A stretch of DNA of 64,000 nucleotides from the human T2T-CHM13v2.0 reference genome, Homo sapiens, in NCBI RefSeq assembly GCF_009914755.1, contig NC_060932.1; one strand, 5' to 3'. Shown here one piece after another: positions 53,401 to 64,000 of this stretch (the stretch's first letter is position 1; the number at the start of each line of letters is the position of its first letter). A model generated the notes under the pieces. It was not told where the DNA came from. It saw only the letters and a list, made by a program, of their open reading frames with translations, and ran no database searches. The position numbers were made by a program, and so were the translations under genes.

Positions 53401-56400
53401 AGCAGCATTCTCAGAAACTTCTTTGTGATGTTTGCATCCAGCTCTCAGAGTTGAACATTCCCTTTCATAGAGTAGGTTTGAAACCCTCTTTTTATAGTGT
53501 CTGGAAGCGGGCATTTGGAGCGCTTTCAGGCCTATGCTGAAAAAGGAAATATCTACCTATAGAAACTAGACAGAAGCATTCTGAGAATCACGTTTGTGAT
53601 GTGGGTACTCAACTAACAGTGTTGATCCATTCTTTTGATACAGCAGTTTTGAACCACACTTTTTGTAGAATCTGCAAGTGGATATTTGGATAGCTGTGAG
53701 GATTTCGTTGGAAACGGGAATGTCTTCATAGAAAATTTAGACAGAAGCATTCTCAGAACCTTGATTGTGATGTGTGTTCTCCACTAACAGAGTTGAACCT
53801 TTCTTTTGACAGAACTGTTCTGAAACATTCTTTTTATAGAATCTGGAAGTGGATATTTGGAAAGCTTTGAGGATTTCGTTGGAAACGGGAATATCTTCAA
53901 ATAAAATCTAGCCAGAAGCATTCTAAGAAACATCTTAGGGATGTTTACATTCAAGTCACAGAGTTGAACATTCCCTTTCACAGAGCAGGTTTGAAACAAT
54001 CTTCTCGTACTATCTGGCAGTGGACATTTTGAGCTCCTTGGGGCCTATGCTGAAAAAGGAAATATCTTCCGACAAAAACTAGACAGAAGCATTCGCAGAA
54101 TCACGTTTGTGATGTGTGCACTCAACTGTCAGAATTGAACCTTGGTTTGGACAGAGCACTTTTGAAACACTCTTTTTGTAGAATCTGCAGGTGGATATTT
54201 GGCTAGCTTTGAGGATTTCGTTGGAAACGGTAATGTCTTCAAAGAAAATCTAGACAGAAGCATTCTCAGAAACACCTTCGTGATGTTTGCAATCAAGTCA
54301 CAGAGTTGAACCTTCCGTTTCATAGAGCAGGTTGGAAACACTCTTTTTGTAGTATCTGGAAGTGGACATTTGGAGGGCTTTGTAGCCTATGTGGAAAAAG
54401 GAAATATCTTCCCATGAATGCGAGATAGAAGTAATCTCAGAAACATGTTTATGCTGTATCTACTCAACTAACTGTGCTGAACATTTCTATTGATAGAGCA
54501 GTTTTGAGACACTCTTCTTTTGGAATCTGCAAGTGGATATTTGGATAGATTTGAGGATTTCGTTGGAAACGGGATTATATATCAAAAGTAGACAGCAGCA
54601 TTCTCAGAAACTTCTTTGTGATGTTTGCATCCAGCTCTCAGAGTTGAACATTCCCTTTCATAGAGTAGGTTTGAAACCCTCTTTTTATAGTGTCTGGAAG
54701 CGGGCATTTGGAGCGCTTTCAGGCCTATGCTGAAAAAGGAAATATCTACCTATGGAAACTAGACAGAAGCATTCTGAGAATCACGTTTGTGATGTGGGTA
54801 CTCAACTAACAGTGTTGATCCATTCTTTTGATACAGCAGTTTTGAACCACACTTTTTGTAGAATCTGCAAGTGGATATTTGGATAGCTGTGAGGATTTCG
54901 TTGGAAACGGGAATGTCTTCATAGAAAATTTAGACAGAAGCATTCTCAGAACCTTGATTGTGATGTGTGTTCTCCACTAACAGAGTTGAACCTTTCTTTT
55001 GACAGAACTGTTCTGAAACATTCTTGTTATAGAATCTGGAAGTGGATATTTGGAAAGCTTTGAGGATTTCGTTGGAAACGGGAATATCTTCAAATCAAAT
55101 CTAGCCAGAAGCATTCTAAGAAACATCTTAGGGATGTTTACATTCAAGTCACAGAGTTGAACATTCCCTTTCACAGAGCAGGTTTGAAACAATCTTCTCG
55201 TACTATCTGGCAGTGGACATTTTGAGCTCCTTGGGGCCTATGCTGAAAAAGGAAATATCTTCCGACAAAAACTAGACAGAAGCATTCGCAGAATCACGTT
55301 TGTGATGTGTGCACTCAACTGTCAGAATTGAACCTTGGTTTGGACAGAGCACTTTTGAAACACTCTTTTTGTAGAATCTGCAGGTGGATATTTGGCTAGC
55401 TTTGAGGATTTCGTTGGAAACGGTAATGTCTTCAAAGAAAATCTAGACAGAAGCATTCTCAGAAACACCTTCGTGATGTTTGCAATCAAGTCACAGAGTT
55501 GAACCTTCCGTTTCATAGAGCAGGTTGGAAACACTCTTTTTGTAGTATCTGGAAGTGGACATTTGGAGGGCTTTGTAGCCTATGTGGAAAAAGGAAATAT
55601 CTTCCCATGAATGCGAGATAGAAGTAATCTCAGAAACATGTTTATGCTGTATCTACTCAACTAACTGTGCTGAACATTTCTATTGATAGAGCAGTTTTGA
55701 GACACTCTTCTTTTGGAATCTGCAAGTGGATATTTGGATAGATTTGAGGATTTCGTTGGAAACGGGATTATATATCAAAAGTAGACAGCAGCATTCTCAG
55801 AAACTTCTTTGTGATGTTTGCATCCAGCTCTCAGAGTTGAACATTCCCTTTCATAGAGTAGGTTTGAAACCCTCTTTTTATAGTGTCTGGAAGCGGGCAT
55901 TTGGAGCGCTTTCAGGCCTATGCTGAAAAAGGAAATATCTACCTATAGAAACTAGACAGAAGCATTCTGAGAATCACGTTTGTGATGTGGGTACTCAACT
56001 AACAGTGTTGATCCATTCTTTTGATACAGCAGTTTTGAACCACACTTTTTGTAGAATCTGCAAGTGGATATTTGGATAGCTGTGAGGATTTCGTTGGAAA
56101 CGGGAATGTCTTCATAGAAAATTTAGACAGAAGCATTCTCAGAACCTTGATTGTGATGTGTGTTCTCCACTAACAGAGTTGAACCTTTCTTTTGACAGAA
56201 CTGTTCTGAAACATTCTTTTTATAGAATCTGGAAGTGGATATTTGGAAAGCTTTGAGGATTTCGTTGGAAACGGGAATATCTTCAAATAAAATCTAGCCA
56301 GAAGCATTCTAAGAAACATCTTAGGGATGTTTACATTCAAGTCACAGAGTTGAACATTCCCTTTCACAGAGCAGGTTTGAAACAATCTTCTCGTACTATC

Positions 56401-59400
56401 TGGCAGTGGACATTTTGAGCTCCTTGGGGCCTATGCTGAAAAAGGAAATATCTTCCGACAAAAACTAGACAGAAGCATTCGCAGAATCACGTTTGTGATG
56501 TGTGCACTCAACTGTCAGAATTGAACCTTGGTTTGGACAGAGCACTTTTGAAACACTCTTTTTGTAGAATCTGCAGGTGGATATTTGGCTAGCTTTGAGG
56601 ATTTCGTTGGAAACGGTAATGTCTTCAAAGAAAATCTAGACAGAAGCATTCTCAGAAACACCTTCGTGATGTTTGCAATCAAGTCACAGAGTTGAACCTT
56701 CCGTTTCATAGAGCAGGTTGGAAACACTCTTTGTAGTATCTGGAAGTGGACATTTGGAGGGCTTTGTAGCCTATCTGGAAAAAGGAAATATCTTCCCATG
56801 AATGCGAGATAGAAGTAATCTCAGAACCATGTTTATGCTGTATCTACTCAACTAACTGTGCTGAACATTTCTGTTGATAGAGCAGTTTTGAGACACTCTT
56901 CTTTTGGAATCTGCAAGTGGATATTTGGATAGATTTGAGGATTTCGTTGGAAACGGGATTATATATAAAAAGTAGACAGCAGCATTCTCAGAAACTTCTT
57001 TGTGATGTTTGCATCCAGCTCTCAGAGTTGAACATTCCCTTTCATAGAGTAGGTTTGAAACCCTCTTTTTATAGTGTCTGGAAGCGGGCATTTGGAGCGC
57101 TTTCAGGCCTATGCTGAAAAAGGAAATATCTACCTATAGAAACTAGACAGAAGCATTCTGAGAATCACGTTTGTGATGTGGGTACTCAACTAACAGTGTT
57201 GATCCATTCTTTTGATACAGCAGTTTTGAACCACACTTTTTGTAGAATCTGCAAGTGGATATTTGGATAGCTGTGAGGATTTCGTTGGAAACGGGAATGT
57301 CTTCATAGAAAATTTAGACAGAAGCATTCTCAGAACCTTGATTGTGATGTGTGTTCTCCACTAACAGAGTTGAACCTTTCTTTTGACAGAACTGTTCTGA
57401 AACATTCTTTTTATAGAATCTGGAAGTGGATATTTGGAAAGCTTTGAGGATTTCGTTGGAAACGGGAATATCTTCAAATAAAATCTAGCCAGAAGCATTC
57501 TAAGAAACATCTTAGGGATGTTTACATTCAAGTCACAGAGTTGAACATTCCCTTTCACAGAGCAGGTTTGAAACAATCTTCTCGTACTATCTGGCAGTGG
57601 ACATTTTGAGCTCCTTGGGGCCTATGCTGAAAAAGGAAATATCTTCCGACAAAAACTAGACAGAAGCATTCGCAGAATCACGTTTGTGATGTGTGCACTC
57701 AACTGTCAGAATTGAACCTTGGTTTGGACAGAGCACTTTTGAAACACTCTTTTTGTAGAATCTGCAGGTGGATATTTGGCTAGCTTTGAGGATTTCGTTG
57801 GAAACGGTAATGTCTTCAAAGAAAATCTAGACAGAAGCATTCTCAGAAACACCTTCGTGATGTTTGCAATCAAGTCACAGAGTTGAACCTTCCGTTTCAT
57901 AGAGCAGGTTGGAAACACTCTTTTTGTAGTATCTGGAAGTGGACATTTGGAGGGCTTTGTAGCCTATGTGGAAAAAGGAAATATCTTCCCATGAATGCGA
58001 GATAGAAGTAATCTCAGAAACATGTTTATGCTGTATCTACTCAACTAACTGTGCTGAACATTTCTATTGATAGAGCAGTTTTGAGACACTCTTCTTTTGG
58101 AATCTGCAAGTGGATATTTGGATAGATTTGAGGATTTCGTTGGAAACGGGATTATATATCAAAAGTAGACAGCAGCATTCTCAGAAACTTCTTTGTGATG
58201 TTTGCATCCAGCTCTCAGAGTTGAACATTCCCTTTCATAGAGTAGGTTTGAAACCCTCTTTTTATAGTGTCTGGAAGCGGGCATTTGGAGCGCTTTCAGG
58301 CCTATGCTGAAAAAGGAAATATCTACCTATGGAAACTAGACAGAAGCATTCTGAGAATCACGTTTGTGATGTGGGTACTCAACTAACAGTGTTGATCCAT
58401 TCTTTTGATACAGCAGTTTTGAACCACACTTTTTGTAGAATCTGCAAGTGGATATTTGGATAGCTGTGAGGATTTCGTTGGAAACGGGAATGTCTTCATA
58501 GAAAATTTAGACAGAAGCATTCTCAGAACCTTGATTGTGATGTGTGTTCTCCACTAACAGAGTTGAACCTTTCTTTTGACAGAACTGTTCTGAAACATTC
58601 TTGTTATAGAATCTGGAAGTGGATATTTGGAAAGCTTTGAGGATTTCGTTGGAAACGGGAATATCTTCAAATCAAATCTAGCCAGAAGCATTCTAAGAAA
58701 CATCTTAGGGATGTTTACATTCAAGTCACAGAGTTGAACATTCCCTTTCACAGAGCAGGTTTGAAACAATCTTCTCGTACTATCTGGCAGTGGACATTTT
58801 GAGCTCCTTGGGGCCTATGCTGAAAAAGGAAATATCTTCCGACAAAAACTAGACAGAAGCATTCGCAGAATCACGTTTGTGATGTGTGCACTCAACTGTC
58901 AGAATTGAACCTTGGTTTGGACAGAGCACTTTTGAAACACTCTTTTTGTAGAATCTGCAGGTGGATATTTGGCTAGCTTTGAGGATTTCGTTGGAAACGG
59001 TAATGTCTTCAAAGAAAATCTAGACAGAAGCATTCTCAGAAACACCTTCGTGATGTTTGCAATCAAGTCACAGAGTTGAACCTTCCGTTTCATAGAGCAG
59101 GTTGGAAACACTCTTTTTGTAGTATCTGGAAGTGGACATTTGGAGGGCTTTGTAGCCTATGTGGAAAAAGGAAATATCTTCCCATGAATGCGAGATAGAA
59201 GTAATCTCAGAAACATGTTTATGCTGTATCTACTCAACTAACTGTGCTGAACATTTCTATTGATAGAGCAGTTTTGAGACACTCTTCTTTTGGAATCTGC
59301 AAGTGGATATTTGGATAGATTTGAGGATTTCGTTGGAAACGGGATTATATATCAAAAGTAGACAGCAGCATTCTCAGAAACTTCTTTGTGATGTTTGCAT

Positions 59401-62400
59401 CCAGCTCTCAGAGTTGAACATTCCCTTTCATAGAGTAGGTTTGAAACCCTCTTTTTATAGTGTCTGGAAGCGGGCATTTGGAGCGCTTTCAGGCCTATGC
59501 TGAAAAAGGAAATATCTACCTATAGAAACTAGACAGAAGCATTCTGAGAATCACGTTTGTGATGTGGGTACTCAACTAACAGTGTTGATCCATTCTTTTG
59601 ATACAGCAGTTTTGAACCACACTTTTTGTAGAATCTGCAAGTGGATATTTGGATAGCTGTGAGGATTTCGTTGGAAACGGGAATGTCTTCATAGAAAATT
59701 TAGACAGAAGCATTCTCAGAACCTTGATTGTGATGTGTGTTCTCCACTAACAGAGTTGAACCTTTCTTTTGACAGAACTGTTCTGAAACATTCTTTTTAT
59801 AGAATCTGGAAGTGGATATTTGGAAAGCTTTGAGGATTTCGTTGGAAACGGGAATATCTTCAAATAAAATCTAGCCAGAAGCATTCTAAGAAACATCTTA
59901 GGGATGTTTACATTCAAGTCACAGAGTTGAACATTCCCTTTCACAGAGCAGGTTTGAAACAATCTTCTCGTACTATCTGGCAGTGGACATTTTGAGCTCC
60001 TTGGGGCCTATGCTGAAAAAGGAAATATCTTCCGACAAAAACTAGACAGAAGCATTCGCAGAATCACGTTTGTGATGTGTGCACTCAACTGTCAGAATTG
60101 AACCTTGGTTTGGACAGAGCACTTTTGAAACACTCTTTTTGTAGAATCTGCAGGTGGATATTTGGCTAGCTTTGAGGATTTCGTTGGAAACGGTAATGTC
60201 TTCAAAGAAAATCTAGACAGAAGCATTCTCAGAAACACCTTCGTGATGTTTGCAATCAAGTCACAGAGTTGAACCTTCCGTTTCATAGAGCAGGTTGGAA
60301 ACACTCTTTTTGTAGTATCTGGAAGTGGACATTTGGAGGGCTTTGTAGCCTATGTGGAAAAAGGAAATATCTTCCCATGAATGCGAGATAGAAGTAATCT
60401 CAGAAACATGTTTATGCTGTATCTACTCAACTAACTGTGCTGAACATTTCTATTGATAGAGCAGTTTTGAGACACTCTTCTTTTGGAATCTGCAAGTGGA
60501 TATTTGGATAGATTTGAGGATTTCGTTGGAAACGGGATTATATATCAAAAGTAGACAGCAGCATTCTCAGAAACTTCTTTGTGATGTTTGCATCCAGCTC
60601 TCAGAGTTGAACATTCCCTTTCATAGAGTAGGTTTGAAACCCTCTTTTTATAGTGTCTGGAAGCGGGCATTTGGAGCGCTTTCAGGCCTATGCTGAAAAA
60701 GGAAATATCTACCTATGGAAACTAGACAGAAGCATTCTGAGAATCACGTTTGTGATGTGGGTACTCAACTAACAGTGTTGATCCATTCTTTTGATACAGC
60801 AGTTTTGAACCACACTTTTTGTAGAATCTGCAAGTGGATATTTGGATAGCTGTGAGGATTTCGTTGGAAACGGGAATGTCTTCATAGAAAATTTAGACAG
60901 AAGCATTCTCAGAACCTTGATTGTGAAGTGTGTTCCCCACTAACAGAGTTGAACCTTTCTTTTGACAGAACTGTTCTGAAACATTCTTGTTATAGAATCT
61001 GGAAGTGGATATTTGGAAAGCTTTGAGGATTTCGTTGGAAACGGGAATATCTTCAAATCAAATCTAGCCAGAAGCATTCTAAGAAACATCTTAGGGATGT
61101 TTACATTCAAGTCACAGAGTTGAACATTCCCTTTCACAGAGCAGGTTTGAAACAATCTTCTCGTACTATCTGGCAGTGGACATTTTGAGCTCCTTGGGGC
61201 CTATGCTGAAAAAGGAAATATCTTCCGACAAAAACTAGACAGAAGCATTCGCAGAATCACGTTTGTGATGTGTGCACTCAACTGTCAGAATTGAACCTTG
61301 GTTTGGACAGAGCACTTTTGAAACACTCTTTTTGTAGAATCTGCAGGTGGATATTTGGCTAGCTTTGAGGATTTCGTTGGAAACGGTAATGTCTTCAAAG
61401 AAAATCTAGACAGAAGCATTCTCAGAAACACCTTCGTGATGTTTGCAATCAAGTCACAGAGTTGAACCTTCCGTTTCATAGAGCAGGTTGGAAACACTCT
61501 TTTTGTAGTATCTGGAAGTGGACATTTGGAGGGCTTTGTAGCCTATCTGGAAAAAGGAAATATCTTCCCATGAATGCGAGATAGAAGTAATCTCAGAAAC
61601 ATGTTTATGCTGTATCTACTCAACTAACTGTGCTGAACATTTCTATTGATAGAGCAGTTTTGAGACACTCTTCTTTTGGAATCTGCAAGTGGATATTTGG
61701 ATAGATTTGAGGATTTCGTTGGAAACGGGATTATATATCAAAAGTAGACAGCAGCATTCTCAGAAACTTCTTTGTGATGTTTGCATCCAGCTCTCAGAGT
61801 TGAACATTCCCTTTCATAGAGTAGGTTTGAAACCCTCTTTTTATAGTGTCTGGAAGCGGGCATTTGGAGCGCTTTCAGGCCTATGCTGAAAAAGGAAATA
61901 TCTACCTATGGAAACTAGACAGAAGCATTCTGAGAATCACGTTTGTGATGTGGGTACTCAACTAACAGTGTTGATCCATTCTTTTGATACAGCAGTTTTG
62001 AACCACACTTTTTGTAGAATCTGCAAGTGGATATTTGGATAGCTGTGAGGATTTCGTTGGAAACGGGAATGTCTTCATAGAAAATTTAGACAGAAGCATT
62101 CTCAGAACCTTGATTGTGATGTGTGTTCTCCACTAACAGAGTTGAACCTTTCTTTTGACAGAACTGTTCTGAAACATTCTTGTTATAGAATCTGGAAGTG
62201 GATATTTGGAAAGCTTTGAGGATTTCGTTGGAAACGGGAATATCTTCAAATCAAATCTAGCCAGAAGCATTCTAAGAAACATCTTAGGGATGTTTACATT
62301 CAAGTCACAGAGTTGAACATTCCCTTTCACAGAGCAGGTTTGAAACAATCTTCTCGTACTATCTGGCAGTGGACATTTTGAGCTCCTTGGGGCCTATGCT

Positions 62401-63973
62401 GAAAAAGGAAATATCTTCCGACAAAAACTAGACAGAAGCATTCGCAGAATCACGTTTGTGATGTGTGCACTCAACTGTCAGAATTGAACCTTGGTTTGGA
62501 CAGAGCACTTTTGAAACACTCTTTTTGTAGAATCTGCAGGTGGATATTTGGCTAGCTTTGAGGATTTCGTTGGAAACGGTAATGTCTTCAAAGAAAATCT
62601 AGACAGAAGCATTCTCAGAAACACCTTCGTGATGTTTGCAATCAAGTCACAGAGTTGAACCTTCCGTTTCATAGAGCAGGTTGGAAACACTCTTTTTGTA
62701 GTATCTGGAAGTGGACATTTGGAGGGCTTTGTAGCCTATGTGGAAAAAGGAAATATCTTCCCATGAATGCGAGATAGAAGTAATCTCAGAAACATGTTTA
62801 TGCTGTATCTACTCAACTAACTGTGCTGAACATTTCTATTGATAGAGCAGTTTTGAGACACTCTTCTTTTGGAATCTGCAAGTGGATATTTGGATAGATT
62901 TGAGGATTTCGTTGGAAACGGGATTATATATCAAAAGTAGACAGCAGCATTCTCAGAAACTTCTTTGTGATGTTTGCATCCAGCTCTCAGAGTTGAACAT
63001 TCCCTTTCATAGAGTAGGTTTGAAACCCTCTTTTTATAGTGTCTGGAAGCGGGCATTTGGAGCGCTTTCAGGCCTATGCTGAAAAAGGAAATATCTACCT
63101 ATAGAAACTAGACAGAAGCATTCTGAGAATCACGTTTGTGATGTGGGTACTCAACTAACAGTGTTGATCCATTCTTTTGATACAGCAGTTTTGAACCACA
63201 CTTTTTGTAGAATCTGCAAGTGGATATTTGGATAGCTGTGAGGATTTCGTTGGAAACGGGAATGTCTTCATAGAAAATTTAGACAGAAGCATTCTCAGAA
63301 CCTTGATTGTGATGTGTGTTCTCCACTAACAGAGTTGAACCTTTCTTTTGACAGAACTGTTCTGAAACATTCTTTATATAGAATCTGGAAGTGGATATTT
63401 GGAAAGCTTTGAGGATTTCGTTGGAAACGGGAATATCTTCAAATCAAATCTAGCCAGAAGCATTCTAAGAAACATCTTAGGGATGTTTACATTCAAGTCA
63501 CAGAGTTGAACATTCCCTTTCACAGAGCAGGTTTGAAACAATCTTCTCGTACTATCTGGCAGTGGACATTTTGAGCTCCTTGGGGCCTATGCTGAAAAAG
63601 GAAATATCTTCCGACAAAAACTAGACAGAAGCATTCGCAGAATCACGTTTGTGATGTGTGCACTCAACTGTCAGAATTGAACCTTGGTTTGGACAGAGCA
63701 CTTTTGAAACACTCTTTTTGTAGAATCTGCAGGTGGATATTTGGCTAGCTTTGAGGATTTCGTTGGAAACGGTAATGTCTTCAAAGAAAATCTAGACAGA
63801 AGCATTCTCAGAAACACCTTCGTGATGTTTGCAATCAAGTCACAGAGTTGAACCTTCCGTTTCATAGAGCAGGTTGGAAACACTCTTTTTGTAGTATCTG
63901 GAAGTGGACATTTGGAGGGCTTTGTAGCCTATCTGGAAAAAGGAAATATCTTCCCATGAATGCGAGATAGAAG
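17455..63973 (+). repeat. Uninterrupted run of 39 7-mer HORs (34 of 1193 bp, two of 1192 bp, three of 1191 bp)
   Basis: Marker starts 17556 to 62882 all spaced 1191-1193 bp; no 11-mer-specific sequence or ORF after 17451; the next unit begins at 63974. Confidence 0.96.
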
Positions 63974-64000
63974 TAATCTCAGAAACATGTTTATGCTGTA

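Larger units (their letters stand above)
1..64000 (+). repeat. Centromeric alpha-satellite higher-order repeat array (CENP-B-box positive, homogeneous, active-type)
   Basis: Continuous ~171-bp monomers with alphoid hallmarks (cattctcagaaacttctttgtgatg, gtggatatttgga, tttcgttggaaacggga, gaaaaaggaaatatct). Unit 1 monomers: 610-776 (167 bp), 777-947, 948-1118, 1119-1289, 1290-1460, 1461-1631, 1632-1802 (171 bp each). HOR copies differ by only a few SNVs per 1.2 kb. Confidence 0.99.
1..64000. other. Tentative identity: human SF2 (D1/D2 dimeric) live array, best fit D8Z2 (chromosome 8 centromere)
   Basis: Coexisting 1868-bp 11-mer and 1193-bp 7-mer with A/B alternation; D8Z2 is known to contain 4-, 7-, 8- and 11-monomer HORs. 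This is recalled knowledge, not an alignment; D9Z4 and D13Z1/D21Z1 are alternatives. Confidence 0.6.

Noticed and set aside
6319-63380. Scattered singleton SNVs (e.g. 6319, 10565, 18396, 29593, 30329, 49541, 56827, 63376)
   Set aside because: Indistinguishable from ordinary point mutations or consensus errors without reads; no pattern seen.
35-63883. About 190 ORFs of 64-112 aa on both strands (MDIWIDLRISLETG..., MFQTCSVKG..., MFPTCSMKR..., MSSTNGLE...)
   Set aside because: They are translations of satellite monomers, recur at the HOR period, mostly start at GTG or other non-ATG codons, show no recognisable domain, and are opened or closed by random SNVs and indels. Used only as positional markers.
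1-64000. CRISPR-like appearance of the recurrent motif gaggatttcgttggaaacgg separated by variable sequence
   Set aside because: The motif is the CENP-B box region; intervening DNA is homologous satellite rather than unique spacers, and there are no cas genes.
1-64000. Hidden transposon (L1/Alu) insertion, inversion or unique island
   Set aside because: Every marker interval is explained by 1022, 1191-1193 or 1868 bp, ORF strand patterns never flip, and no poly-A tail or non-alphoid sequence was seen.
1-64000. A previously undescribed gene-encoded biological system
   Set aside because: Nothing beyond alpha-satellite is present; any novelty is limited to array architecture and variant history.

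Overview
The whole 64-kb window is primate (very probably human) centromeric alpha-satellite DNA: about 375 head-to-tail monomers of ~171 bp, all in one orientation, with no genes, transposon insertions or inversions that I could see. It is a highly homogeneous higher-order-repeat (HOR) array with alternating CENP-B-box and pJalpha-type monomers (dimeric, SF2-like). I label the 11 monomers A-K and phase units on monomer E (taatctcagaaac, first at 610). The window then holds a partial 11-mer, followed by 7,7,7,6,7,11,7,11,11,7,7,11 and 39 consecutive 7-mers (11-mer = 1868 bp, 7-mer = 1193 bp, 6-mer = 1022 bp). The unit sizes fit the chromosome 8 array D8Z2 best, but other SF2 arrays (chr9, 13/21) also have 7/11-mer units, so the assignment is unconfirmed. 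All listed ORFs are repeat artefacts. I found no new protein-coding system. The noteworthy structure is in the array itself: mappable recombination junctions, a domain boundary at ~17.4 kb, nested multi-HOR duplications (3578, 8351, 3577/4770 and 16845 bp offsets), CENP-B box losses and traces of older duplications inside the HOR. Variants were read by eye and need alignment confirmation.
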